Shown here piece after piece: positions 15,264-28,290 of a DNA stretch of 64,000 nucleotides (position 1 is the stretch's first letter; each line of letters opens with the position of its first letter). The translations under genes were made by a program, and so were the position numbers. Source of the DNA: Dictyostelium discoideum (lineage: Eukaryota); assembly GCA_000004695.1 (NCBI GenBank), contig CM000151.3, forward strand, positions 4,256,001 to 4,320,000, written 5' to 3'. Under the pieces are notes generated by a model. The model saw nothing but the letters and a program-made list of their open reading frames with translations. It was not told the DNA's origin and did no database searches.

Positions 15264-16446
15264 CTACAATAATAATAGCAACTTACAATTTTAAAGGGTT
15301 AAAAACATTAATATGATAAATCTGTAAAGCCAATAGATGGATCATGGATAAAACCTTGTCCTTCAATTGTTAATATTTCAAGCATTGGTGTGTTTAATAA
15401 TATTTGTTTTAAAACATTTCAATTTCCAATACAGGTATTTTCCAAAAAATAATGACTGTTTATCTTACGTTGATTGTGTTTAATAATATTTTACTAAATG
15501 AAATACCTTGTGGTTTAGTGGTAGGAATAAAAGTAAGATAAAAAGCTATTATTTTTTGGAAAATACCTGTATTGGAAATTGAAATGTTTTGGTAACCGAC
15601 TTCCATGCCATTATATATATCCAAGCTCAAGTATTCTAAATTTGGGCACATTTCACTAATGTTTAATGGAATATTTGAATTATCTAATTTAAAACAAATA
15701 TTATTAAACACACCAATGCTTGAAATATTAACAATTGAAGGACAAGGTTTTATCCATGATCCATCTATTGGCTTTACAGATTTATCTAATTGGAAGTCCA
15801 AGTTCTCTCAAAAAAAATTCTTTTTAGTAAATTGTTGTGGTAGACTAAAACCAACAGATGGAAAAATCACTTTAAAAATTACAATACTTGATTCAAACCA
15901 AACTTTACCTAGTGGTACAGATATTGCACTGATAAACACATATTTCAAACTTGTTGGTAAAACCATATTATATGGAACGCTATTATTAAGTTGTAGTAAA
16001 AACCTGTAATAATTTGGATTTTATATTAAAATTAATTTAAAGAATAAAAAAATTGTTGTTATTTTTGTAATTTATAATATAATATTTACAAATTTTCTAA
16101 TTTTTCAAATTTATACATCGATTCATAAAATGGTATGGTAAAACCAATATTTTTGGCTATACTTAAATCTGTTAAAAAATGGTAATTTGTATAAATCTTG
16201 ATGTATTTCATAATATGAATTTGGTGGAATAATAAAATCCAATTCTGTAACAACTTCATAATTTTTTGAAGGTTCATAAACCCATTCAATGTAATAAGTG
16301 TTGCATGGATTAGAATCCTTGCTAATACCATATAATGAATATAACACATCTGAAACTATAGATTTTTGAATTGGATCAACTTCACATTGAACTAAATTTA
16401 AAATATAAATTAAAAAAATAGATAAAATGATACTAAATATTTTCAT
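13653..16446 (-). CDS. LRR-containing cell-surface glycoprotein with Ser/Pro-rich stalk and C-terminal hydrophobic (GPI-anchor-like) tail. Reading frame disrupted, so possibly a pseudogene or mis-assembled
   Basis: Signal peptide exon (MKIFSIILSIFLIYILNLVQCEV...) at 16446. LRR-like segments (LGNLSSLQITNNRFEQTLP, LKLHLSNNKLDGTVP). Conserved domain [51 protein letters not shown] stalk with hydrophobic end ...LSVPVCLLVFLLIFQTF*. Frame problems: an in-frame TAA near 14707 and a 1-nt frameshift near 13990 relative to the paralogue. Confidence 0.4.
15161..15263. repeat. (CAA)n / (TTG)n microsatellite inside the LRR gene region
   Basis: Perfect CAA run of about 34 units. Confidence 0.95.
15305..15790. 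repeat. Inverted duplication inside the LRR gene: a left arm of about 140 bp (15305..15450) is the reverse complement of a right arm (15545..15790) that also carries a roughly 100-bp insertion
   Basis: tctgtaaagccaatagatggatcatggataaaaccttgtccttcaattgttaatatttcaagcattggtgtgtttaataatatttgttttaaaac at about 15313 has its reverse complement at about 15700..15790. Both arms encode LRR-like peptide on opposite strands (ORFs 15460..15801 minus and 15605..16009 plus). Confidence 0.75.
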
Positions 16447-16481
16447 TTTATTATTATTATTATTTTTATTATTATTATTAA

Positions 16482-16548
<67 letters not shown>

Positions 16549-16550
16549 TA
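16447..16550. repeat. (ATT)n microsatellite immediately upstream of the LRR gene start
   Basis: Direct observation of ATT repeats. Confidence 0.9.
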
Positions 16551-16704
16551 TAATTTAAAATAAATTTTTTTTTTTTTTATATAAATAAAAGTAAAAAAAA
16601 AAGGAAAAGAAAAAAAAAAAAAAGGAAAAGAAAAACAAAAAAAATCATTTCACAATTAAATCAAAAAAAAAAACACCTCAAAGAACAATTTTTCTTTTTT
16701 TTCC

Positions 16705-16735
<31 letters not shown>

Positions 16736-17672
16736 ATTATTTATTAATTTGTTTATTTATTTTTTTATTTATTTGTTTATTTGTTTTTTTTTATTTATTT
16801 ATTTGTTTTTTTATTTATTTATTTATATTTATTTATTTATTTATTTATTTATTTGAAAAAGTTTTTAAAAATTTCTGTTTGATTAATTGTGTATGATAAA
16901 AATTTAATATAATTTATAATAAAATATTATCTTTTAACCAGTTAAAATTATTTTCATTTGATTATTTTCATAAAGTTATAAAGATATTTATCAAATTAAA
17001 AAAAATAAATAAAAAAATAAAAAAAAAGTATAATTCTATTTGTGATTTAAAAAATAATTTATTTTTTAGTCATTGAAAATAATTAAAAAAATTAAAAATG
17101 AAAGAAAATAATAGTTATTTTTTTTTTATTATTTAAGATTTCAAAAATATTCTCTTAATTTTAAAAAAAAAAGAAAAAAACAATGAAACAGTAATTTTAA
17201 AATAAAAAAAAAAAAAGTTAAAATAATAATAGTGGTTGTAAAAATAATAAAATTCTCAAAGATATCTTTTAAAAAATTTAATTATAATAATTATATATAA
17301 CAAAACGATTTTATTTTTGTTTATTTTTTTTTTTTTTTTTTTTTTTACTTTTCACAATGAATGACTTTGTGTTGATGGTTTTAATTAATTAAAATAATAT
17401 TATTTTTTTTTTTTTTAATAATTTTGGCCAAAATTAAAATTTTTTTTTTTTTTTTTTTTTTAATTTAAATTAATTTTTGTTTTTTTTTTTTTTATTTTTC
17501 AAAATTGATTATTTTTACAAAAACATACACACAAAAAATAAAAAAATAAAAACACATACACACATACATTCACTCATATATATACTTTACTTTTTTTTTT
17601 TTTTTTTTTTTATTATTATTAAACCTCACACTTTTTTTAATATTGCACCATTTAATAATATAATAATAAATA

Positions 17673-19158
17673 ATGAAAAAAACAAAAGATATTGGAATTT
17701 GTGCAATTGACATTTATTTCCCACAAACCTATGTAAATCAAAGTGAATTAAAGAAATATGATAAAGTGTCAAATGGTAAATATACAATTGGATTAGGACA
17801 AACCAATATGTCATTCGTTGGAGATAGAGAAGATATAGTATCGATGGCAATGACATCAGTTAAAATGATGATGTCAAAATATAGCATTGACTATCAATCA
17901 ATTGGTAGACTAGAAGTTGGTACAGAAACAATCATTGATAAATCGAAATCAGTGAAATCATCAATAATGTCATTATTTCAAGAATATGGTAACACATCAT
18001 TAGAAGGCGTCGATACATTGAATGCATGTTATGGTGGTACCAATGCATTATTTAACAGTTTACAATGGATTGAATCAAGTTATTGGGATGGTAGATATGC
18101 GTTAGTGGTAACTGGCGATATCGCAGTCTATAGCAAAGGTGCAGCTCGTCCCACTGGTGGTGCTGGTGTCGTCACAATGCTAATTGGTCCAAATGCAACA
18201 TTAATATTCGACCAATCATTACGTGGCACTCATATGGAGAATGTGAACGATTTCTATAAACCTGACCTATCAAGTGAATACCCCTATGTTGATGGTAAAT
18301 TATCAATTGAATGTTATTTAAGAGCATTAGACAAATGTTATTTAGAATATAAAAAAAAATTTGAATCAATCAATGATGATAATAAATTTTCAATGGATTC
18401 TTTTGATTATGTTTGTTTTCATTCACCTTATAATAGATTAGTTCAAAAATCATACGCTAGATTAATATATAATGACTTTTTACAAAATCCAAATAACCCA
18501 AAATATCAAGACCTTTTACCTTTTAAAGATTTATCAACTGGTAAAGACAGTTATATAAATTCAAAACTCGATCAAATCACTCTAAAATTATCATTGGATG
18601 ATTTTAAAACTAAAGTTAATCCTTCAACTTTACTCTCAAAAGAATGTGGTAATAGTTATTGTGGTTCAGTTTATAGTGGTATTTTATCATTATTATCAAA
18701 TGTTAATGATTTAGTAAGTGTATACACTAAATAAATAATTATTTTTAATTTTTTTAATTTTTTTCAATTTTATTAATTTGTTAATTTTATAGAATAATAA
18801 AAAAGTATTAGTTTTCTCTTATGGATCAGGTTTAGCGGCATCTTTGTTTTCATTTAGAATTAATAATAATAAAAATAGAAATAATAATAATAATAATAAT
18901 AATTGCTTTTTTAAAACAACAAATGATATTGGAAAGATTTCAAATATAAAAGAACGTTTATCAAATAGGGTTAAAGTTTCACCTGAAGAGTTTACAAGAA
19001 TTTTAGATATTAGAGAAAAGAGTCATCAAATGGTTGGTGCTCGTACACCAATTGATACTCTTGATTATATTTCAGCTGGTACTTTTTATCTTGAAAAAAT
19101 TGATGAAAAGTTAATAAGACATTATAAGTCTAAGCCAATTATATCTTCAAAATTGTAA
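17673..19158 (+). CDS. Hydroxymethylglutaryl-CoA synthase (HMG-CoA synthase; hgsA/hgsB-type). Exons 17673..18713, 18793..19158
   Basis: DIGICAIDIYFPQTYVNQSELKKYD..., EVGTETIIDKSKSVKS, LNACYGGTNALFNSL, and ARPTGGAGVVTMLIGPNA are all HMGCS family hallmarks. GTAAGT donor at 18714 and TATAG acceptor at 18792, phase 0. Exon 2 starts NNKKVLVFSYGSGLAASLFSF. Confidence 0.9.
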
Positions 19159-19807
19159 TAATAATAATAATAATAATAAATAATAATAAAATAATTAATA
19201 TTTTCATATATATATATAAATAGAATTAGGATCCTCCCTTTTTTTTTTTTGGATTTTTTTTTTTTAGTTTTTCCCAAAAAAAATTTTTTTTTTTTTTTTT
19301 TTTTTCATTTTCATTTTCATTTTTCATTTTCAATGAAGACAACAAGATTTCATTAGGTATTTATCATAAATCTATTCATTAAATAATATTGAACAATAGG
19401 GAGTAATAAAAAAAAAAAGAAAAGGAGCTTCAAGTAATGATGATTAAATAATTTATTATTGTATGTTGTGTGTGTGTAATTAAAAAATTTAGAAAAGTGT
19501 TAAAAAAAAAAAAAAATATTAAGAGAAAGGTCGTTACATTTTTTTTAAAAATGTATTGTTACAGTCCTTAATGCAGGATACCTATTATTTTTTTTTTTTT
19601 TTTTTTTTTATCAAATAACTTTTTTTTTTTTTTTATACATTAACACAACAAATCAAAAATGATTAAAAAAGGCGAATCTGAACATGTTAATTTTTTATTT
19701 TAATAAATAAATAAATTAAAATTTAATAAAAAGTAAACTAATTTTTTTTTTTTTAATATATGTAAATTATTGTTTATTTTTTCATTTTTTTTATTTTATT
19801 TTTTATT

Positions 19808-21314
19808 TTATTTTTTGAATTTACTACCATCAACCTTCATTTCAATTTCATCTTTATATTCTCCTTCTTCTTCTTCTTCTTCTAATTCTTCTTCTTCTAA
19901 TTCTTCATCTAATTGAATTGGATCAATCCAAGTTCTCCAAATATCTTTGCCTAATAGTAATTCAGCATCAGTTAATAGACAATTATTTAATTCAGATTCA
20001 ATTAATGATTGATTCATAGTATTACCACCAATGAAAACCAATTCTTGTCTTCTATCACCAAATGGTTCTGACCAATTCTTTTTGATTTCTTTTTGAAGAT
20101 CAAGGTTTGGATATTCATGTGGTTTTAAATCTGCTAACCAATAACCATAGTTTAAGATTGTCATTTGAACACCAGCTAAATTCCACATACCAATTAATTC
20201 AGGTGTTGATGCTATCCATGAGAAACCTTTTGAACGTAAAACACCGCCAAATACAGCCGACCCTTTTTCAATGACATTACTTAATCTTTCAGAATTGAAT
20301 GGTCTTCTTGCTTTGTAAATGAAACTTTTGATACCGTATTCAATGGTTTCAGGTACATGTGTACCTCTCAACTCTTTTAACCAACCTGGATGCTCTGATG
20401 CTTTCTTGAAGTCGAATAAACCCGTATTCAATATCTCCTTCAATGGCACCACGCTATTTGTAGATCTGAGTAGTCTGGCTTCTGGATTAATGTGTTTAAT
20501 CAGTCCTTCAATTGTTTTCACTCTCTCTTCTGATACTAAATCACATTTATTCAATAGAATCACATTTGAGAATTCAACTTGGTCTAATAATAAATCAACT
20601 AATGAACGTTCATCTTGATCAGTGGCTTGCATATCCTTGTCTTTTAAACTCTCACCAGATTGATATTGTTCTAACCATGTTGAACAGTCAACTACAGTCA
20701 CCATTGTATCCAATTTAGTATAATCTTTTAAATTCTCAATACTACCATCAATTTCAAATGTAAAAGTCTCTGCTATTGGTAACGGTTCTGAAATACCACT
20801 GGATTCAATAATTAAATAATCAAATCTTTTCTCTTTAGCTAATTTCGTCACTTCAACCAATAAATCCTCTCTCATTGTACAACAAATGCAACCATTTGAC
20901 ATTTCAACAACTGCTTCAACTTGTTTTTCCGTTGCTTTAGTTCTTGTAATTTTAAATTCATTTTCTAAAATTAATTTTGAATCAATATTAACTTTTTTTT
21001 TTAATAATAAATTAGTATTAAATTAGTATTAAAATTAAATTAAATTAAATAAATAAAAATTATAATTTACCTTCACTCATATCATTTACAATAACTGCAA
21101 TTTTTAAACCATGATTTGAATTTAAAATATAATTTAATAAAGTAGTTTTACCACTTCCTAAAAATCCACTAAGTACTGAAACTGGTAATTTCTCAAATCC
21201 TCTAACTTTAATTTTATGTAAAGTTTTTTTTAAATTTGAAGCATTTGATTTTAAATAATGTTTTTTCATTCTTCTTGGTTCTTTATTATTATTTGTTGAA
21301 GTTTTATTTACCAT
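19808..21314 (-). CDS. CobW/COG0523-family GTPase (CBWD/ZNG1-like metallochaperone). Exons 21314..21071, 20964..19808
   Basis: Exon 1 carries the P-loop [18 protein letters not shown]. Exon 2 carries the CobW signature MSNGCICCT and [20 protein letters not shown] donor and TTTTAG acceptor. Acidic C-terminal tail. Confidence 0.85.
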
Positions 21315-21487
21315 TTTTCAATTATTTATTTATTTTTTAAATTATTTATTATTTATTATTTTTTTTTAATTTTAACTTTATTATTTATTTATTTACTTTT
21401 TTAAAAAAATTTAAAGAATAAATAAATTTAAAATCACAACCCATTATTTTTATAGTTTTTTTTTTTTTACAGGATTTAGTAATTCTT

Positions 21488-21520
<33 letters not shown>

Positions 21521-22258
21521 AGTGAAATAGTTGGAAAAACACTCCGCTGGGTTGAGAATTTTGTGAAGTGGAATTTTTTAATTTGGTATAAAAAGTCCAA
21601 GTGAATTTAAAGAAATCAAGATGTTACTAAAAACCCTTCATTTTAACTGAGTGTTTTTTAATTTTTTAGTTTCTTTAATGTTTGTTAATGTGCATTTGTT
21701 GGTGTGCTTTTTTTTTGAAAAAAAAAAAAAAAAAAAAAAAAAAAAACACTTCGTTTCTTAAATTTTCCATTCTAATATATTTTTTTTTTTTTTTTTTTTT
21801 TAACAGGACAATCAAAAAAAAAAAAAAAAAATTATAATTATTTAATCACAATTAGTGAAAATTTGAAACGGAGTGTTTTCTTTCTAATTTTTTTTTAAAA
21901 AATTAAAAAACTTTGGTTTTTATTTATTTATACAATTTTTTTTTTTAATTTCAACAAAAAACCATGAGGCTATTGTTGCAATCTGCATTATAACTATAAG
22001 AATAAATTTTAAAAAACTTTATTATTTTTGAATATCTTGTTTAGATTTTTTTTTTCTTTTTTTTTATCTTTTTTTCAAATTACCAAAAAATAAGATTTTA
22101 AAAAGGTATTTATAATCATATTTTAATGTTTACTCGTAATTTGAAAAAAATAAAAATAAATAAAAAAAGTGGTAATTAAAAAATTAAAAAATTCTTTCAA
22201 AAAATGAAAATAATTTTAATTACCATTTGATTAAGAAAAATTTATTTTCTGGGAATTG

Positions 22259-22289
<31 letters not shown>

Positions 22290-22391
22290 CGCAAATTATT
22301 TTTTTTTTTTTAAAAAAAATTATAATTTAATTAAATATCCAAACAAACTTGTACATAAATATATTATAAAAATAAATAAATAAAAAAGACA
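21315..22391. promoter_or_regulatory. Bidirectional intergenic region between divergently transcribed CobW-GTPase and rad9 genes, containing an imperfect inverted repeat (about 21513..21560 vs about 21846..21885, core gaaaacactccg)
   Basis: The two gene starts face away from each other. Long A and T homopolymers are typical of Dictyostelium promoters. The inverted-repeat core was noted by eye. Confidence 0.3.
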
Positions 22392-23653
22392 ATGCAATTC
22401 GTTGTGGCAAATAGACATATAAAGGTATATTTTTTTTCCCAAAATAAAAAATAAAATAAAAAAAATAAAAAAATAAAATAAAAAAAATAAAAAATAAAAA
22501 ATTTACTTATTCTTTTAAAAAAAAAAAATAAAAAAAAAAAAAATAAAAAAGCAATTTTCAAAAAGTTTGCAATGTATTTCAAGGATAGGTGATGATTTAT
22601 ATATTGAAGGTAGACAAGAATATATTAAATTTACAACAGTTAATAACTCGAAATCAGCATTTGTAGTATTTCAATTCTCAAACTCATTCTTTCATTCCTA
22701 TAGTTTAGAAGGAGATGAAGGTATACAGTATAAGGCAAAGTCTAAACTTTGTTTTCAAATGTTTCATTCATTAAGTAACATTGATAAATGTGCAATGAAA
22801 ATCGATTTAGAGGGAAAGATATCATTCTACCTTTTATGTAAAAATGGTATTCAAAAGACATACTCTATAAACTATGAATTATCACAATTACAAAGTGCTG
22901 TTTACAATAAGAATAGTCCTTATAAAATCTCTGTTAAACCAAAACAAATCTCTGACTGTTTAAATTATTTCGCTTCAAATACTGAAGAAATCTCAATTAA
23001 TCTTCAAAGAGATCGTTTATTAATTAAAAGTTCAACTGATGATAAAAGTAAGTTTTTATATTTTTTATATATATATTTATATATTTAATACTAACAGTTT
23101 TTTTTTTTTTTTTTTTTTTTAGGAGGATTAAAGAATTTATTCACAGAACTAGTATTAGATCGTAGTGATTTTGATGAATATGATTTTAATGGTGATGGAG
23201 AGGAGATTTCATTCAACTTTAAAGATTTAAAAACTATTATGGCATATGTTGATGTTATAAATAATCCTTGTACTTGGTTTATAGAAAGGGCTGGTTTACC
23301 ATTTCATATTAATTTAAAATATAGTTCAACTTATGAAGTTGATTTTGTATTAGCTACATTACAAGATAGTTCACAACCAAATGATGATCGTCAACAATAT
23401 CAACAACAATATCAACAACAATATCAACAGCAGCAACAACAACAACAATACCAACAACAGCAACAGCAACAACAATATCAACAACAGCAGCAACAACAAC
23501 AACAACAATATAGAAATAGTAATACAGTAGGATCATCCCCATTATCAATGAATACAAGAAATACACCACAACAATATAGAAATAGTAATACGGTGGGATC
23601 ACCAAGTGTAGGACAATCAAATCAACAATATCAACAACAACAGCAACAATATC

Positions 23654-23686
<33 letters not shown>

Positions 23687-24036
23687 ACTCACCAAACCAA
23701 AACAACATGTATGATGATGATGATGGAATGGATATGGGACCAATTGATCATGATTTAAGTCCTGCTATTAACTATGGTGATTCAAGAACTTCTCAACAAC
23801 CACAACAAATACAACAACAACAACAACAACAAATGCAACCACATTACAATAATCAATCAATGCCACCATCATCATTAGGTTCAACTTCAAGTTATTTAAC
23901 AACAAATAGTAAAAAACCTGTTATCAGTTATCGTGGTATAAACTTGGAGGCTGATGACGATGATGATGATGAAGAAAATGGTTTTAATCAAAATGAAAAT
24001 GAAGAACAAAATATTCAAAATAGTCAAAATCAATAA
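22392..24036 (+). CDS. rad9: Rad9 checkpoint clamp (9-1-1 complex) subunit. Exons 22392..22424, 22552..23047, 23123..24036
   Basis: N-terminus MQFVVANRHIK|QFSKSLQCISRIGDDLYIE parallels human RAD9A [36 protein letters not shown] and GTAAGT donors with AG acceptors, phase consistent. C-terminal half is poly-Gln/Asn-rich with an acidic tail. Confidence 0.8.
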
Positions 24037-24120
24037 ACATGTATAATAATAATAATAATAAAATTATTTTAAAATTAATTAAATAAAATTTTTTATTTTT
24101 CCATATTATTTGTATTACTT

Positions 24121-27100
24121 TTAAGTTGTTTTAAAAAAATAAGAACTTCTGTATTGAGAGTTATAATCTTGATTTTGGATTGTTAAACCAACTGCAACCA
24201 TTAAAAAGAATAAGATAACTAAAATTATTAAAAAGAATAAAATATTCTATAATTTTTAAAAAAAAAATAAAATAAAAAAATAATGGGATTAGTATAACAT
24301 TTTTTTTTTTTTTTTTTTTTTAATTTAAAAATTAATTTACTTACTATACAAATACTACTTCCTATATTACTACTACTACTACTACTACTACCAACTTTCT
24401 TTGATTTTAATTTATTATTATTATTATTATTTTTAATATTATTATTATTATTAATATTATTTTTATTTTTTAATTGAGTTTCAATAAATTGTTTAATTTC
24501 TTCTTGTTGTTTTAAAAAGTTTGACTGAGCATCTTCTAAAGTATTTTTAAGATTTTCAGCTCTTTCTCTTTCTCTATCTTTTTCTTTTCTTATAAATTCT
24601 TCATTTTCATCGATTTCAACCAATTTACCCATGATTGATTCAACATTTGTACTAATGATTGTATTGGTTTGTTCTTGATTTTTACAGATTTTTTCGAATA
24701 AAACTTCAATTGTATTCATTGATATAATTAAATTACTTTCAATTGAAGATGATGATGATGATTGTGTTGATTGTTGTTGTTGTTGATTATTATTTACAAT
24801 TGTTGGGAATTGAATTTCCAATTTATTTGTTAGTGTATCTATTTGAGTTTTTAAATTTTTTAAAATTAAAGTTTGTTCAGTATGTTTTGATCTCGCTAAA
24901 TCAATTTCTTTTTGAAGGGATTTCTCACGTTCTATATGTTGATTTGTAAGTGATGAAATATTTAATTTTAATTTTTTAATCTCTTCTAATGATTCATTAT
25001 TATTATTATTTAATGATGAATTTGATAAAGAATCAACTGAATTTGAATAAGTACTTTGTAAAATATTTAAACGATCTTGTAATTCTTTTGATTGACGTAC
25101 GACCTCATTACATTTTGATTTCCATTTTTGTTTATTTGATTCTAATGTATTTATTCTTTGATCTTTATCAGTTGATTCTTCTAAAGCTTTTGTTAATTTT
25201 AAACGAATTTCATCAGATTCTGATTTTGAATTCAATAAAGCATCTTTTAATTTTAATTCCAATTGTTTGGATTTTTCATTTGAATCATGAAGATCATTTA
25301 CTAATTGTTGACGATGATTAAATGATTTTTGAATTTCTTCATTTGTTGCTTGATATTTTTGAGAGTATTGTTCAATCTTTAAGAGTTGCTCTTGATTTAT
25401 TTGTTTTGAAAGCTCCAATTCTTGTGTTAGGATTTCAATTTGTGATACATTATTTTTATTTAAAACATTAAATTTTTTTGGTAGATCTGAATTCTCTTCC
25501 TCTAAATTAATGATATCCTCTTGAAGACGGTCATTCTTTTTTTTTAATTCTTCACAGGCATTTTGTAGTTGTGTAATGTAGGTTGCAACCGATGATGGTG
25601 GTATTACACCACTATTAATTGAAATTTTCTCTATGAATTTCTTGTAGGTTTCAATATCTTTATTTAGTTCACGTAATTTTGCTTTCAATTCTGAATGAGA
25701 TTCTTCAACGTTTTGTAATGGTTTATTCTTAACAGATTGAGCACGTTGACCGAAATTTAAAGATTGAATGGTTTCTCTTATGACTGATTCATGATTTGAA
25801 CTTGAACAATTTACAATTAAACATGTCTTTGAATTACCACCAAAACATTGTTGTAGTAATTGAGTTAGCTTACTATCTCTATATCTAACATGTTTGGAAT
25901 TCTTTGACATATCTTCAATCACACCACCCAAGGCATACAATGATTTATTGATTGATTTTGTCTCTTCAATCTTTGATGTTGTGCCATCGATTTTTGATGC
26001 ACTTTCAGAGCCTGCCAAATCTACTAAATACAACAATGATGTAACGGTCATTTTATTCTCTAAATCTTCCTTTAACAATGATACTATGAATATTGCATGA
26101 CTTCTACTACTTGCCATATTCTTTTTGGTTTCTGCTATCTTTCTATTCTTTTCAATATGTTGTAAATGTGTTAGAAAATCTGTAAATGTTTGAATTGATG
26201 ATTGAACTGCATCTGGTACTATAAATCCACCATCTGCCATTCTAATCTCAATATCATTCACTCCACCCTCTGATAGCAAATCATAAACTTTCTCTTTGTA
26301 AACCTCTAAATATGATATTTTAGTTGTAAATTTAATACGTTGTGGTGTATTCATTGATTGTTGTTCATCTTGTTTAATAAATAAATCTTTAATAATTCTT
26401 GGCATAATACCCCATGATGATGGTAATAGTTGTTGTTGTTGTTGTTGCTGTTGGCTTCCATATAAATAATGACTATTATTATAAAATTCAGATCTATTAC
26501 AATATGAATTATAAGAATCATTACCCTCACCACCAGAGAAACCTAATGAAAATGTTTTACCTGCACCAGTTTGACCATAGGCTATAATACCAACATTATA
26601 ACCATTAACAATATTATCAATCAATGGTTTACCAACTTCATTATAAAATGATTCTTGAGTAGTATTTGGTTGATAAACTTTTGAGAATCTAAATGCTTGT
26701 GCCATTGAACTTGATGATGATGATGTTGGTGTAATATGAATAGTTGTTTGATCAGTTCCAATTGTTAATTGTTTCTCTGATGGTCCTAATGTTTGTTCAG
26801 CTGCTGTCTCTGGTCTAAATCTACATACTGCTTGAATACTTTCTTCTCTATCACTAAATAATGGTTGAGTTTTTGATGTAATATTAACACCACCAACTGA
26901 ATTAAAATTTTGAATTGGTGTTCTTCTACCACTAATTGATGATGATGATGGTGTTGGTGATGGTGATGATGATCTATTATTTAAATTTAAATGATTATTA
27001 TTATTATTATTATTACTACCATTGTTTAAATGTGAACTTGGTGATAAACTATTACTATTAATACCATTACTTGTATTTAAAGTATTATTAGTTGTAGTCG

Positions 27101-27887
27101 TAGTTGTTGTAGTTGTAGTTGTGAGATTATGTTGATTAAATCCTTCCATTAATGATAATTCTGGTGGTGGTGAAGTTGTAGAAATAAACATTGTTGGTGA
27201 AGGTGTAGATGTTGATGAATTTGAATTTACTAAATGATGATTACCATTTCCACCACCACTATTACTAAGTGGATTATTGCCATTATTTGTCGATGAAGGT
27301 AAACTACTAAATGCTGTATTGCTTGATGTTGAAAGTGTAACTTTTTGATTTTGACTTAAAATTTCAGAATTATTACTCTCTAACATTGATGAAATATTTG
27401 TTGATGTTACATTATTACCATTACTACCATTATTATTATTATTATTATTATTAGTGGTATGATTTGGTTGAGGTGTTGATGGTCTTGAACCTAGTGATGT
27501 AGTTGTAGTTGTTGATATGAATGATGAATGACGTTTTGAAGGATCTTTTTTTGCACTTAATTGTTGTGATGGAGGTAGGGGAATTGATGATGGCGGTAGT
27601 AGTGATGAATTCATCGATAGCCTTTTCTTTGAAGATTGTGACATTGGTGTCGATAATGAATCCATATTTAAGGTTTTCTTTGCATTCTCCATCGTTGAGA
27701 ATACCAATGATCCTTTACCAATACTATTAGTTATCGATGATGTAGTAGCAGTGGTACTACCATTTCTTGGTGTTGATATTGATGATGTTGATGGTGATGA
27801 ATTTGATCTTGACCTTAATTGACCGCCAGTAGTTGAATTTATCGTTGGTTGTTTAGGTGTTGAAAAATTATTATTATTATTATCCAT
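24121..27887 (-). CDS. kif9: Kinesin with central motor domain, long coiled-coil and a C-terminal transmembrane anchor encoded by a short 3' exon (Kif9-like). Exons 27887..24345, 24246..24121
   Basis: Motor motifs GIIAYGQTGAGKTFSL, SSRSHAIF, LVDLAGSE. The N-terminus is Ser/Thr-rich for about 350 aa and the C-terminal region is heptad-rich. After a GTAAGT donor and TTATAG acceptor the last exon encodes NILFFLIILVILFFLMVAVGLTIQNQ...*, a hydrophobic TM tail. The true start is the ATG giving MDNNNNNFSTPK; the ORF track's MRIVNM begins at GTG. Confidence 0.8.
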
Positions 27888-28243
27888 ATTTACTATTCTC
27901 ACCCCACACTATATATATATATATATATATGTATATATTTGTATTTTAATTGAAAATGATATTCTATCCTTCCTAAATTATAATGACATGAATTTTGATG
28001 TTTATTTATCCAAAAAAAAAAAAAAAACAATAAAAAAAAAAAAGATATTTATTCTTTGTGTGTGTGTTAGTTTTTTTTTTATTTGTTGTTAGAATCTGAA
28101 AAATGAAAAATTTTAAAAAATTAAAAAATTTGAAAAAAAAAAAAATTTGGAAAAAAAAAAAAATAATAAAAAAATTATCTAAATCTAAAATGTGTAAACC
28201 GATGGTTTCTTATTATTATTACAAATGACTCTAAACGAAACTG

Positions 28244-28290
<47 letters not shown>

